DNA of 64,000 nucleotides from Candidatus Limnocylindrales bacterium (GTDB lineage Bacteria; Chloroflexota; Limnocylindria; Limnocylindrales; CSP1-4): NCBI GenBank assembly GCA_036392215.1, contig DASVYJ010000027.1, positions 15,637 to 79,636 of the forward strand, read 5' to 3'. Shown piece by piece: positions 30,172 to 40,359 of this stretch (position 1 is its first letter; each line of letters starts with the position of its first letter). The notes under the pieces were generated by a model. It saw only the letters and a program-made list of their open reading frames with translations, ran no database searches and was not told where the DNA came from. The position numbers and the translations under genes were made by a program.

Positions 30172-31080
30172 TCAGGCGAAGCCGACGGCGCCGTAGCCGA
30201 CGGTCCGGTCCGGATCCCCGAACGGCACGTCCGCCGACGTCGCCGCCGCGAGCACGGTGCCGGTCCGGGCCCCCATCGCCCGCAGGGCGGCGAGGCTGCA
30301 GAGGACCGCGTCGAGCCCGCACAGGGCACAGACGAGGCCGGGGATCCGCTGCCGGCGAAGCGCCTCGTCGAGGCCGGCCAGGGCCGCCCCGTCGAGCGCG
30401 GCGACGGCCGCGAGCAGGTCGCGGTCGGCCCGCGCCGCCGCCGCGGCGGCCGGGTAGTGGACGAGGTCGGAGCTGACGACGAGGACGAGGTCCGTCCCCT
30501 CGCCGCGCACCTCGGCGAGCAGACGGCCGAGGGTGGTCCCGGCGCGCTCCGCGCCCGCCCGGCTCGGGAACCCGGCGAGGAGCGGGACGATGCGGCTGCC
30601 GGGGCAGGCGCGACGGAGGAACGGCAGCTGGACCTCCAGCGAGTGCTCGTCCCGGTGCGCCGCCGGGTAGGCCAAGAACCCGGGGCCCAGGTCGGCGATC
30701 CGTTCGGCGAGCGCGGTGGCGACCTCGACGTCCCCCAGCGGGCTGTGCCAGTCGCCGCTCGGCCACACGGCCAGGCCGTCGAGCGCGGGGACGTAGTGGT
30801 TCGTGCCGACCAGGACGATCGTCGCCGGGGGTGCGGCCCGGAGCGTCTGCCAGGCCGCCGCGGCGACCGGACCGCTGTAGACGAGGCCGGCGTGCGGGAC
30901 CAGCAGGCCGAGCGGCCTCGACGAGGCCGGGGCTTCGCCGCCCCGCCGCTCGGCTGCGACGGCCGCCGCGGCGAGCTGCCGGTCGACGAGGTCGGCCAAC
31001 GGGGCGGGCGCGGCCGGGTAGAACGTCCCGGCATGGACGGCCGGCCGACCTGCGGTGGTCCGGCCCGTCGGCCCGCTCAT
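30172..31080 (-). CDS. AmmeMemoRadiSam system protein B (Memo1-like)
   Basis: ...VHAGTFYPA...LLVPHAGLVYSGPVAA...LVGTNHY...HSLEVQLPFL... are Memo-family motifs. ATGA overlap with the radical SAM gene. The upstream 328 codons of the ORF are low-complexity and were rejected. Confidence 0.85.
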   Translation of the reverse strand: MSGPTGRTTAGRPAVHAGTFYPAAPAPLADLVDRQLAAAAVAAERRGGEAPASSRPLGLLVPHAGLVYSGPVAAAAWQTLRAAPPATIVLVGTNHYVPALDGLAVWPSGDWHSPLGDVEVATALAERIADLGPGFLAYPAAHRDEHSLEVQLPFLRRACPGSRIVPLLAGFPSRAGAERAGTTLGRLLAEVRGEGTDLVLVVSSDLVHYPAAAAAARADRDLLAAVAALDGAALAGLDEALRRQRIPGLVCALCGLDAVLCSLAALRAMGARTGTVLAAATSADVPFGDPDRTVGYGAVGFA

Positions 31081-32243
31081 GCCGGCAGCGCCGCCCGGGG
31101 CGTCCGCGCCACGGCCACCCCAGGCAGGCGCCGCAGGCAGTCGGGGCAGCGATCGCCGTCCAGGCGCCACTCGACGACCGCGAAATCCCGTCGCCGGATG
31201 AGCCGATGGCCACAGCCGGCGCAGCGCGTCTCGGCGCCGTCGAGCTCCGGGGCGTTGCCGACGTAGACGTGGCGCAGCCCGGCCGCCCGGCCCATCGCGG
31301 CCGCGGCCAGGAGCGAGTCCGAGGGCGTCGGCGGGATCCGCCGCATCCGGTGGGCAGGATGGAAGCGGCTGACGTGCCAGGGCGTCTCCTCGCCGAGCTC
31401 GCTGCCGATCCACTCGGCCAGCGCCCGCAGCTCGCTCACGCTGTCGTTGACGCCGGGGATCACCAGCGTCGTCACCTCGACCCAGATCCCCGCCCGGCGC
31501 ATGCCGAGGAGCGTCGCCAGGACCGGCTCGAGCCGAGCGCCGCACAGCCTGCGGTAGGTCGCGTCGCTGAACGACTTGAGGTCGACGTTCGCCGCGTCGA
31601 GGAGCGGCGCCAGCAGCTGGAGCGCCTCGGGCGTCTGGTAGCCGTTGGTGACGAACACGTTCAGCCGGCCGTCGCGCCGGACGAGGCGGGCCGTGTCGAG
31701 GGCGTACTCGAGGAAGACCGTCGGCTCGACGTAGGTGTAGGCGACGACCGCCGCGTCGGCGGCACGGGCGCGCTCGGCGATGGCCTCCGGCGGCAGGGGT
31801 TCCGTCACCGGTCGGTGGCCTTCCCGGTGCCCCTGGGCGAGCTCCCAGTTCTGGCAGAAGCGGCAGTGCAGGTTGCAGCCGGGCGTGGCCAGGGAGACCG
31901 CCAGGCTGCCGGGGGCCACGTGGTAGAGCGGCTTCTTCTCGATCGGCTCGAGGTGCAGCGCCGCCACCTCGCCGTAGACCGTCGTGACCAGCCGCCCGGC
32001 CCGGTTCTCGCGGGTCCCGCAGATACCCACTCGGCCCGCTCGGATGACGCAGCGGTGCGCGCACGCGTCGCAGGCGACGGTGCCCACGAGGAAGGGGTCC
32101 GCCACGGGCCGGCCGAGCAGGGCGGCCGCCACGCCGCGCTCGCTCGGCGTGATCGGCCCGAACCGGACGGGCGGCGCCAGGGTGAACGTCTCGGTCGCCG
32201 GGCGCGCGGGCGCGTCGGCTGGCCGCGGTACGAGTTCGTGCAT
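31077..32243 (-). CDS. AmmeMemoRadiSam system radical SAM enzyme
   Basis: The CNLHCRFCQN CxxxCxxC cluster motif plus an N-terminal CDACAHRC Zn-ribbon-like segment. Confidence 0.9.
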   Translation of the reverse strand: MHELVPRPADAPARPATETFTLAPPVRFGPITPSERGVAAALLGRPVADPFLVGTVACDACAHRCVIRAGRVGICGTRENRAGRLVTTVYGEVAALHLEPIEKKPLYHVAPGSLAVSLATPGCNLHCRFCQNWELAQGHREGHRPVTEPLPPEAIAERARAADAAVVAYTYVEPTVFLEYALDTARLVRRDGRLNVFVTNGYQTPEALQLLAPLLDAANVDLKSFSDATYRRLCGARLEPVLATLLGMRRAGIWVEVTTLVIPGVNDSVSELRALAEWIGSELGEETPWHVSRFHPAHRMRRIPPTPSDSLLAAAAMGRAAGLRHVYVGNAPELDGAETRCAGCGHRLIRRRDFAVVEWRLDGDRCPDCLRRLPGVAVARTPRAALPA

Positions 32244-32321
32244 GACGCGCTCCTCCAGGGCCAGCGTCGCGCTGCGCGGGGGGCGCCGCCAGTGCCCTCC
32301 GGACCGAACTCGGGCGCGCCG

Positions 32322-32996
32322 CTACCCGGCCGGGGCGATGCCGGGCGCGGGCAGGTGGCGGTCGAACCAGGCGGCGGCGAGCTCGGCGAACCGGTCCAGC
32401 GCTCCGGCCTCCTCGAACAGGTGCCCGGCCCCCGGCACGATGACGAGCTCGCGCTCGCAGCGGAGCTGGACGAACGCCGCCTCGTTGAGGGCGAGCACGG
32501 CCTCGTCGCGACTGCCGACGACGAGCAGGGTCGGGGCGCGGACCTGGCCCAGCGCCTCGGCGGCGAGGTCGGGGCGGCCGCCGCGGGAGACGATCGCGGC
32601 GATCCCGCCGCTGACGGCCGCCGCGACGAGGGCGGCAGCGGCGCCGGTGCTGGCGCCGACGTAGCCGACGGGCAGCGAGCGCAGCTCGGGCTGGGAGCGG
32701 CCACGCTCGGCCGCCGCCGCGAGGCGCTCGGCGAGCAGGCCGACATCGAAGACGAGCCGCGGGTCGGGGATCTCGTGCGGGGCCAGCAGGTCGATGAGGA
32801 ACGTTGCGAGCCCCTCGGCCTGGAGACGGGCGGCGACCTGCCGGTTGCGCGCGCTGTAACGGCTGCTGCCGCTTCCGTGGGCGAAGACGACCAGCCCGTG
32901 GGGCGTCTCCGGGACCGCCAGGTCGCCCCGCAGGAGGGCGCGACCGACGGCCACCCCGAGGGGCCGCTCAGCGGCCGCCACGGTCGTCGGCTCCAT
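32322..32996 (-). CDS. Dienelactone hydrolase-family alpha/beta hydrolase
   Basis: VVFAHGSGSSRYSARN...GYVGASTGAAAAL (nucleophile elbow GxSxG)...GAGHLF. Confidence 0.7.
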   Translation of the reverse strand: MEPTTVAAAERPLGVAVGRALLRGDLAVPETPHGLVVFAHGSGSSRYSARNRQVAARLQAEGLATFLIDLLAPHEIPDPRLVFDVGLLAERLAAAAERGRSQPELRSLPVGYVGASTGAAAALVAAAVSGGIAAIVSRGGRPDLAAEALGQVRAPTLLVVGSRDEAVLALNEAAFVQLRCERELVIVPGAGHLFEEAGALDRFAELAAAWFDRHLPAPGIAPAG

Positions 32997-33753
32997 CCGC
33001 CGATCCCCGGCCGTCGGAGCCAGCGCGCGCCCGCGGGCCCCGAGCGGCGCCGGTGTCGACCGCCGCACGCGCCGTCGCGAGGATGGCGTTGACTTCCACA
33101 TCGTCCAGCTGCTCGAACTCGCGGTACCACTGGCCGACCGCGAAGAACCCGACCGGCTCGGCAAGGACGACGACGCGCTCGGCGACGGGGCGGAGGCGCG
33201 CCGCCGCCCCTGGCGCGGCGACGGGGGCGGCGATCCAGACGGGCCCGGCACCGGCGGCGCGGGCGGCCCTGGCGGCGACCTCGAGCGTGGCGCCGGTCGC
33301 GATCCCGTCGTCGACGACGATGGCCGGGCGACCGGCGAGATCGAGCCTCGGCAGGTCGCCCCGCAGCCGGACCTCCCGCTCGCGCGCACGGGCGACCTCG
33401 ACCTCGGCGGCCCGCCGCGCCTCGACGAGACTCACCTCGCCGAACTCGGCCGCCCACGGTGCGACGAGCAGGGTCCCGTCTGCGGCCGCGGCCCCGATCG
33501 CGAACTCGGGATCGGCCGGCGCACCGACCTTGTGGGCGACGACGACGTCGAGCTCGAGGCCGAGTGCCGCCGCGACCTCGGCCGCCACCGGGACCCCGCC
33601 GCGCGACACCCCGAGCACCACGGTGCTGGGGGCCACGCCGAGCGGGGCAAGGCGCCGCGCCAGGACCCGTCCGGCCTCGCGTCGGTCGGCGAACGGCAGG
33701 CGCGGCCCGCCCTCCCCTGCGACCCCCGCCCCACGCCGACCGGGCCAGCGCAT
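32968..33753 (-). CDS. Phosphoribosyltransferase-domain protein (PRTase paired with DLH)
   Basis: [15 protein letters not shown]...[18 protein letters not shown] is the PRPP-binding motif. Confidence 0.7.
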   Translation of the reverse strand: MRWPGRRGAGVAGEGGPRLPFADRREAGRVLARRLAPLGVAPSTVVLGVSRGGVPVAAEVAAALGLELDVVVAHKVGAPADPEFAIGAAAADGTLLVAPWAAEFGEVSLVEARRAAEVEVARAREREVRLRGDLPRLDLAGRPAIVVDDGIATGATLEVAARAARAAGAGPVWIAAPVAAPGAAARLRPVAERVVVLAEPVGFFAVGQWYREFEQLDDVEVNAILATARAAVDTGAARGPRARAGSDGRGSADGADDRGGR

Positions 33754-34020
33754 CGGGCCTCCCTGCTCCGCCCCGCGCCCGAGTCGCAGGGCCAGCAGGC
33801 ATGCTGGCACGCCGTGTCGCGGCCCGACCAGTGCCGAGGTTCCCGTTGTCGGTCGGGAGCCGGTGCGCCCGAAATGGCCCGGCCGTTCGGCACTTGTCGC
33901 TCCACTGGGCCGGGGCGACGCTCGCCGCCAAGAAGCCCGGTCCCGGCCGCCGCGGGCAGCCCACCGGGCGCCACGCCATGGCCCGCTGCGGCGGGCCCGA
34001 ACCTGGGGTCCCACGACGAG

Positions 34021-34290
34021 ATGGCGATCGATCCGCTAGCCTCTCCCCTCCCCGGCCCGCTCCCTCCCTGGTCGCCGCTGGTCATCGCCGAGGATCGCTG
34101 CAAGGGCTGCGAGCTGTGCATCGCCGCCTGCCCGAAGTCGGTCCTCGCCCTCGACGCGGGGGTCGTGAACCGCCTCGGCTACCACCCCGTCCGCCTGCTC
34201 GATGCAGAGCGCTGTACGAGCTGCGCGTTCTGCGCCCGGGTCTGCCCGGACGTCGTCTTCACCATCTACGCGCCGCGACGGGAGGCCTGA
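34021..34290 (+). CDS. porD: 2-oxoacid:ferredoxin oxidoreductase delta subunit (two 4Fe-4S clusters)
   Basis: [12 protein letters not shown] and [12 protein letters not shown] motifs. Confidence 0.85.
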   Translation: MAIDPLASPLPGPLPPWSPLVIAEDRCKGCELCIAACPKSVLALDAGVVNRLGYHPVRLLDAERCTSCAFCARVCPDVVFTIYAPRREA

Positions 34291-34292
34291 CG

Positions 34293-35600
34293 ATGCAGGG
34301 CAACGGCCACGGCGCGTCGGAGCGGCGCGCCGGGGCGCGGCATCACCGCGTCCTGATGAAGGGCAACGAGGCGATCGCGGAAGCCGCGATCCAGGCCGGC
34401 TGCGACGCCTATTTCGGCTACCCGATCACCCCGCAGGCTGAGCTCCTGGAGTGGATGGCCCGCCGGATGCCCGAGCTCGGCCGCGTCTTCCTGCAGGCCG
34501 AGTCGGAGCTCGGCGCGATCAACATGGCGCTCGGTGCGGCGGCGGCCGGGGCCCGTGTCCTCGTCTCCTCGTCCAGCCCCGGCATCAGCCTCATGGCCGA
34601 GGCGATGAGCTACATGGCCGGCCAGCAGACCCCCGTCGTCCTGGTCAACGTGATGCGCGGCGGGCCGGGCCTCGGCTCCATCCAGCCGTCGCAGGGGGAC
34701 TACTTCCAGGCCGTCAAGGGCCACGGCCACGGCGACTACAAGGTCCCCGTCCTGGCCCCGGCCTCCATCTCCGAGGCCGTCGACCTGGTACCGCTCGCCT
34801 TCGAGCTGGCCGAGCGCTACCGGACCCCGACCATGCTGCTGGCGGATGGCATCCTCGGCCAGGCCATGGAGCCCGTCGAGCTGCGCTTTCGGACGCCCGA
34901 ACGGCGCCCCGCCGACTGGGCCCTCACCGGCGCCGCCGGCCGACCGCCCCGGGTGATCCGCTCGCTGGACCTCCAGCCGGAGGACCTCGAGCGCCACAAC
35001 CTCGAGCTGCAGGCGAAGTTCCGCGAGATCGCCCGCCGGGAGGTCCGCTGGTCGGGCCAGCAGCTCGGCGACGCCGAGCTCGTCATCGTCGCCTACGGCA
35101 CCGCGGCCCGGGTCGCCCGGACGGCCATCCGCAGGGCGCGCGCCAGTGGCCTCCGGGTCGGCCTCTTCCGGCCGATCACCCTCTGGCCGTTCCCCGAGCG
35201 CGAGCTCGCGCGCCTCTCGGCCCGCGTCCGCGGCCTCCTCGTCGTCGAGCTGTCGGCGGGCCAGATGGTCGAGGACGTCCGCCTCGCCGTCGAAGGCCGC
35301 TGTCCCGTCGCGTTCCACGGCCGGATGGGCGGCATGGTCCCCACGCCGGACGAGGTGGTCGAGGCCCTCCGCGGCCTCCAGGCGCGGGTCGGTCGGCGGC
35401 CGCGCCGCGCCCCGGCGATCCCGGCCCCGGAGCCCCCGCCGTTGCCCCGGCCCGCCCGATCGAGCGAACAGCCCGCCGCGCCCTTCGAGGGAGACGGCTG
35501 GAGCCGCCTCGAACCGGCGGAGCCGACGCCCACGGCCGCGGGCGCGGGTCGGCCCCTGGCGACCGCGGGCCGCCACGGCCGGAACGGAGGTGCCCGATGA
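34293..35600 (+). CDS. porA: 2-oxoacid:ferredoxin oxidoreductase alpha subunit, with an unusual 70-aa Pro-rich C-terminal tail
   Basis: [40 protein letters not shown] is the PFOR domain-I motif. Confidence 0.9.
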   Translation: MQGNGHGASERRAGARHHRVLMKGNEAIAEAAIQAGCDAYFGYPITPQAELLEWMARRMPELGRVFLQAESELGAINMALGAAAAGARVLVSSSSPGISLMAEAMSYMAGQQTPVVLVNVMRGGPGLGSIQPSQGDYFQAVKGHGHGDYKVPVLAPASISEAVDLVPLAFELAERYRTPTMLLADGILGQAMEPVELRFRTPERRPADWALTGAAGRPPRVIRSLDLQPEDLERHNLELQAKFREIARREVRWSGQQLGDAELVIVAYGTAARVARTAIRRARASGLRVGLFRPITLWPFPERELARLSARVRGLLVVELSAGQMVEDVRLAVEGRCPVAFHGRMGGMVPTPDEVVEALRGLQARVGRRPRRAPAIPAPEPPPLPRPARSSEQPAAPFEGDGWSRLEPAEPTPTAAGAGRPLATAGRHGRNGGAR

Positions 35601-36403
35601 GCGTCGCGAGCCTCTCCGAGCGGCCGACGCGCGTCATCTACCAGCGGCCCGAGCTGCTTTGCGAGACCTCAACGCGCTACTGCCCCGGCTGCGGCCACGG
35701 GATCATCCACCGCCTCATCGCCGAGGTCCTGGGCGAGCTCCAGCTCGGGCCGCGGACGATCGCGGTGGCCCCCGTCGGCTGCTCCGTGTTCGCCTACGAC
35801 TACCTCCAGCTCGACTTCGTCGAGTCGCCCCACGGCCGGGCGCCGGCCGTCGCGACGGGCATCCGACGGGTCCGGCCGGAGAACTTCGTGCTGATGTACC
35901 AGGGCGATGGCGACCTGGCAGCCATCGGCACCGCCGAGATCGTCCACGCCGCCGCCCGCGGCGAGCTGATCACCGGCGTCTTCGTCAACAACGGCATCTA
36001 CGGCATGACCGGCGGCCAGATGGCCCCGACGACCCTGCTCGGCCAGCGGACGACGTCCTCGCCCACGGGTCGCGAGGCGAGCCTGGCTGGCTACCCCATC
36101 CGCATCACCGAGATGCTCGCCCAGCTGCCCGGCGTGGCCTATGCCGCGCGGGGCACGATCGTCGACCCGTCCGCGATCGGCAAGACGCGGGCCATGCTCA
36201 AGCGAGCCTGCCAGGTCCAGCTGGAGGGCGGCGGCTTCGCCCTCGTCGAGATCCTCAGCAACTGTCCCGTCGGGTGGGGCATGACGGCCCAGGAGTCGCT
36301 CGAGCACATCCGGCGCGAGGTCATCCCGGCCTACCCGCCGGGGGTCATCGTGGACCGCGGCCGGACGGCCACGACCGCGCCGAGCATCTCGGTGGAGGCC
36401 TGA
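35597..36403 (+). CDS. porB: 2-oxoacid:ferredoxin oxidoreductase beta subunit (TPP-binding)
   Basis: [10 protein letters not shown]...GDGD...[11 protein letters not shown] are the TPP motifs. ATGA overlap with the alpha subunit. Confidence 0.9.
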   Translation: MSVASLSERPTRVIYQRPELLCETSTRYCPGCGHGIIHRLIAEVLGELQLGPRTIAVAPVGCSVFAYDYLQLDFVESPHGRAPAVATGIRRVRPENFVLMYQGDGDLAAIGTAEIVHAAARGELITGVFVNNGIYGMTGGQMAPTTLLGQRTTSSPTGREASLAGYPIRITEMLAQLPGVAYAARGTIVDPSAIGKTRAMLKRACQVQLEGGGFALVEILSNCPVGWGMTAQESLEHIRREVIPAYPPGVIVDRGRTATTAPSISVEA

Positions 36404-36404
36404 C

Positions 36405-36959
36405 GTGGAACGATCCGTGGTGTTCGCGGGCTTCGGCGGCCAGGGGCTCCTGTTCGCCGGCCAGGTCCTCGCGCGGGCCGGCCTCGAGGACGGCCTGGAG
36501 GTCTTCTGGATCCCCTCCTACGGCCCCGAGATGCGGGGCGGGACAGCCTCCTGCACCGTCATCGTCGGCGACGAGCCGATCGGCTCGCCCGTGGTGGACC
36601 GGGCCGACGCCGTGGTCGCGATGAACCTGCCGTCACTCGAGAAGTGGGGTCCGCGGGTCGCCCCGGGCGGCCTCCTGATCGTCAACGCCTCCCTCGTCGA
36701 CGAGACGGCGCGGCGGCTCGACGTCGACGAGCTCCGGCTGGCATGCACGGAGCTGGCGGCGGAGGCAGGCGACGACAAGCTGGTCACCGTCGTCGCCCTC
36801 GGCGCGCTCGTCGGGCGCACTGGCTGGGTCGATGACGAGGCGGTCCGGATCGCGCTGCGCGACATCGTCGGCCGCAAGCGGCCGGCCGCGCTCGCGGCGG
36901 ACCTCGCCGCCTTCGAGCTCGGCCTGGCGGCCGGCGCGCGGGAGCCCGTCCCGGCCTGA
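36405..36959 (+). CDS. porG: 2-oxoacid:ferredoxin oxidoreductase gamma subunit
   Basis: [22 protein letters not shown]...[12 protein letters not shown] start with GGAGG. Confidence 0.85.
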   Translation: MERSVVFAGFGGQGLLFAGQVLARAGLEDGLEVFWIPSYGPEMRGGTASCTVIVGDEPIGSPVVDRADAVVAMNLPSLEKWGPRVAPGGLLIVNASLVDETARRLDVDELRLACTELAAEAGDDKLVTVVALGALVGRTGWVDDEAVRIALRDIVGRKRPAALAADLAAFELGLAAGAREPVPA

Positions 36960-37051
36960 GGTCAGCCCGCGACCGGGCGCTTCCGGGCGCCGGGTCGCCA
37001 GGAGCGACGACAGCAGCAGCAGCGGATCGGCCGTGCGATGATCGGCCGCCC

Positions 37052-38167
37052 ATGGAACCGCTCATCTTCGTCGCGGGCCTGGCCCTCATCGGGGCCGTCG
37101 CCTGGGACGTCTTCCAGACGATCGTCGTCCCGCGGCCGACGCCCGGCCGCTTCCGCCTGGCCATCGTCCTGACGCGCGTCGGCTGGCGGGGGTGGCGGGC
37201 GGTGGGACGGCGGGCCGGCGGCGGCCTCGCCCGCGACCGCCTCCTCGGCATGTTCGCGCCGGCCCTCGTCGTCGTCCTGCTGGCGACCTGGCTGGTCGTC
37301 CTGGTGGCGGGCTACGGCCTCGTCCTGTGGTCGATCCGCGGCCAGCTCCGCCCCGAGCCGACGGACCTGGGGACGACCGCCTACTTCGCCGGGACGTCGG
37401 TCCTGACCCTGGGCTTCGGCGACGTCGTCGCCGTCGGCCCCCTGGCTCGCCTCGTCTCGCTCACGGCGGCGGCCGCCGGCCTGGGCACCGTCGCCCTCGT
37501 CATCACCTACCTGTTCTCGCTGTTCGGCTCGTACCAGCGCCGGGAGATCCTCGTCGTCGCCCTGCAGGCGCGCGCCGGCGCGCCGCCGTCAGCGGTCGCG
37601 CTCTTGGAGAAGCACGCCCGGCTCGGCATCGTGGCCGAGCTGCCGAGCCTGTTCCGGGAGTGGGAGCGCTGGTCAGCCGAGGTGCTCGACTCACACGTCG
37701 CCTACCCGCTCCTCGGCTTCTTCCGCTCCAGCCATGACGACCTCTCCTGGGTCAGCGCCCTGGGTGCGATGCTCGACGCCGCCAGCCTCGTCGAGACCAC
37801 CATCGAGGGCGTCCCCCCGGGCCAGGCGCACCTGATGGGGCTCGTCGGCTCGCACCTGGTCGAGGATCTCAGCAACTTCCTGAGTCTCGGGGCGCACGAC
37901 GGCGCGGCCGTGGACCGGGCGGCGTTCGAGGAGGTCCGGGCGCGACTCGAGGCCGCCGGCTACTCCGTCCGCCCGGTGGCCGCGGCCTGGCCCGCCTTCG
38001 AGGCGGCCCGCGAGCCGTATGCCGGGCGGCTCCAGGCGATGGCCGACTACTGGGCGACCCCGGCCTCGGCCTGGTCCGGCCGATCGGGTCTGTCCCCCTC
38101 GCTCGCCCACCCCGACGACGAGCCCGCCCGAGACCCCGTCCTGGTCGATCGCCGCCCCGGGCCGTAG
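37052..38167 (+). CDS. Potassium channel-family protein (two-TM, TxGFGD selectivity filter)
   Basis: FAGTSVLTLGFGDVV. Confidence 0.85.
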   Translation: MEPLIFVAGLALIGAVAWDVFQTIVVPRPTPGRFRLAIVLTRVGWRGWRAVGRRAGGGLARDRLLGMFAPALVVVLLATWLVVLVAGYGLVLWSIRGQLRPEPTDLGTTAYFAGTSVLTLGFGDVVAVGPLARLVSLTAAAAGLGTVALVITYLFSLFGSYQRREILVVALQARAGAPPSAVALLEKHARLGIVAELPSLFREWERWSAEVLDSHVAYPLLGFFRSSHDDLSWVSALGAMLDAASLVETTIEGVPPGQAHLMGLVGSHLVEDLSNFLSLGAHDGAAVDRAAFEEVRARLEAAGYSVRPVAAAWPAFEAAREPYAGRLQAMADYWATPASAWSGRSGLSPSLAHPDDEPARDPVLVDRRPGP

Positions 38168-38260
38168 GCCCTCGCCCGCCCCTTGGTGAGCGGTGACCGC
38201 CGGGAGGACGACAGGACCGGGGCCGTCCGGCCCCGGTCCTGGCTGCCAGTGGATGTCGCG

Positions 38261-39934
38261 TCAGCGGATGCCGGCCATCTCCTGGAGCAGCCGCCAGTTC
38301 TGCAGGCGGTCCTGCTGGCTGGCGGCGATCTCGACCGAGGGCTGGCCCTCCGCGTCGAAGTGCTGGGCGAACCGACCCTCGGTCCGGGCGAAGGCCAGGA
38401 AATCGAGCGGCGCGCCGTCGGGCTGCCTCGACCAGTCCTCCTTGGTGCTCGGGTTGCCCTGCAGCGAAAGGCGCTCGGCGAGCGTCTCGCCCCGCCGCGG
38501 GTCGTAGGTGAAGAGCGGGAAGGCGCGCGACTCGACGGCGAGCTTGGCCTGGCGGTTGGCCGCGTCGTCGGCGATGCCGTGCTCCGGCATGCAGGGCGTG
38601 TAGGCGATCACGACGGCCGGGCCCGGGTACGAGTTGGCGTCGAGGATGGCTCGATAGAAGTGGTTGATGTGGGCCGGCGTCGTCTGGGCCACGTAGACCT
38701 CGCCGTGCGAGACGAGGATCCGGCCGAGCTCCTTGCGCCGCTCCTGCTTGCCGTGCTCGGCCTTGCCGTACGCGGCGAGCTTGGCCACCTGGCCGCCGAA
38801 GGTCGAGGTCGAGGCCTGGCCGCCCGTGTTCGAATAGGCCCCGGTGTCGAGGACGAGGACCTTGATGTCGGCACCCGAGGCGACCATCCGCGAGAGCGAC
38901 TGGAAGCCGATGTCGTACATCGCCCCGTCACCCCCGAAGACCCACAGCCGCCGCTCTGGGTGGCCGGCCTGGTCCCAGCGGAGGCGGATCCCGAGCGCGT
39001 CGGCGGGGCCGTTCTCGAACAGGGAGTTCGTCCACGGGACGAGGTACGGGTTGAACGGGTAGGTCGAGCCGTAGACGGTGTTGCAGCCCGTCTCGGCGAC
39101 GATGCCCATGCTCTCCGGCCCGTACACCTGGCGGGTCGCGGCGACGAGCATCCGGACCGCGGTCGCCTCGCCGCAGCCGGAGCAGGAGCCGGCCCCGCCG
39201 ACGTACCCGAGGGCGTGCTCGCCGAGCATCAGGTCGGCCAGGGCCTTCTCGTTGCGGTACTCGACGGGGGTGGGCGGCAGCGACCGGAAGAAGCCGATGT
39301 CGCGCCGGTAGCGCTCCACGGTGCTCTCACCGCTCGGTTCGGCCGGCAGCTTGTCGATCATGATCAGGGCGTCGTGGCCCTGGTCGACGCAGACGTCGAC
39401 GCACTCGGCGCAGCCCTTGCAGTGGACTGGGTCCACGAAGATGCCGAACTGGGCCGGCTCGAGGCCGCGCTTGCGAGGGACCTCGGCGTACTTCTGGGTG
39501 GCCATGAAGTGCTCGCGGGCCGTCCGCTCCGCCAGGGCGGGGTCGGGCTGGCTCGCGGCGAAGGCCGCCAGCTCGGTCTCGAGAGCCGCCTCGGGCCGGG
39601 CGATGGCGAGGATCGCCGTGTCCGGGCAGGCGCTCACGCAGGCCATGCAGCCGACGCACTTCTCGGCGATGAGCTGGGGGATCTGCGGGGCGAGGCCGCT
39701 GAAGTCGCGGACCGCGGCCGTCCCCGGCGGGATGATGCTGCGCGCGACGCCCGCATCGGCAGGCAGCTCGAGCGAGGCGACGTTCCGCCGGTACGCCCCG
39801 ACGACGGAGCGGTTGAAGTCGTCGACGTAGGCCTCGACGTCGAAGACGGGCGTGCCGTCGCCGACGGCGGGTTCCTTGGCGACGAGGACGGGGTCCTGGT
39901 CGTCCTGGACGGGAAGGGAGATCGTGGTCATCAC
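38261..39934 (-). CDS. Pyruvate:ferredoxin oxidoreductase, C-terminal part (ferredoxin domain V plus TPP domain VI)
   Basis: CVGCMACVSACPD and CKGCAECVDVCV [4Fe-4S] motifs, then GGDGAMYDIGFQSL...NTGGQ TPP motifs. Confidence 0.9.
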   Translation of the reverse strand: MMTTISLPVQDDQDPVLVAKEPAVGDGTPVFDVEAYVDDFNRSVVGAYRRNVASLELPADAGVARSIIPPGTAAVRDFSGLAPQIPQLIAEKCVGCMACVSACPDTAILAIARPEAALETELAAFAASQPDPALAERTAREHFMATQKYAEVPRKRGLEPAQFGIFVDPVHCKGCAECVDVCVDQGHDALIMIDKLPAEPSGESTVERYRRDIGFFRSLPPTPVEYRNEKALADLMLGEHALGYVGGAGSCSGCGEATAVRMLVAATRQVYGPESMGIVAETGCNTVYGSTYPFNPYLVPWTNSLFENGPADALGIRLRWDQAGHPERRLWVFGGDGAMYDIGFQSLSRMVASGADIKVLVLDTGAYSNTGGQASTSTFGGQVAKLAAYGKAEHGKQERRKELGRILVSHGEVYVAQTTPAHINHFYRAILDANSYPGPAVVIAYTPCMPEHGIADDAANRQAKLAVESRAFPLFTYDPRRGETLAERLSLQGNPSTKEDWSRQPDGAPLDFLAFARTEGRFAQHFDAEGQPSVEIAASQQDRLQNWRLLQEMAGIR

Positions 39935-39942
39935 TCGCTCGG

Positions 39943-40359
39943 TCAGTCGGCCGTCCCCGCCATCGCCCGCACGAGGTCGGTGGTGGAGATGATGCCGATC
40001 GGGGTCCGCCCGTCGTCGGCGACGACGACGAGGCGATGGACGTGGTGCTCCTCCATGAGACGGGCCGCCTCGCCGAGGCTGGCCGAGGCCGCGATGGTGA
40101 GCGCGGGCTGGGTCATGAGATGGCGCACGGCCAGGCCGGGCCAGCTCGTCCAGAGGTGCTCGGTGGCGCGCGCCCGGACGAGGTCCGTCTGGCTCAGGAC
40201 GCCGGCCAGCGCGCCGTCGGCGTCCACCACGGGCAGGCCGCTGATCCGGTATTGCTCGAGCAGGGCGGCCGCCTCCTTGAGCGAGGCGTCGGCCCGGACC
40301 ACGACCGGGTCACGGGTCATCAACTGGGCCACGCTCGGGCCCAGGGCACTCGGACTCAT
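39943..40359 (-). CDS. CBS-domain pair protein encoded between the two PFOR parts
   Basis: Two CBS motifs (GLPVVDADGALAGVLSQTDLV and HRLVVVADDGRTPIGIISTTDLV). ATGA overlap with the upstream PFOR ORF. Confidence 0.85.
   Translation of the reverse strand: MSPSALGPSVAQLMTRDPVVVRADASLKEAAALLEQYRISGLPVVDADGALAGVLSQTDLVRARATEHLWTSWPGLAVRHLMTQPALTIAASASLGEAARLMEEHHVHRLVVVADDGRTPIGIISTTDLVRAMAGTAD

Noticed and set aside
30172-32064. 630-aa ORF as a single protein
   Set aside because: Only the C-terminal 302 aa are Memo-like. The upstream part is in a different frame from the radical SAM gene it overlaps and is low-complexity.
30831-33092. 753-aa plus-strand ORF
   Set aside because: Antisense to the Memo, radical SAM and DLH genes.
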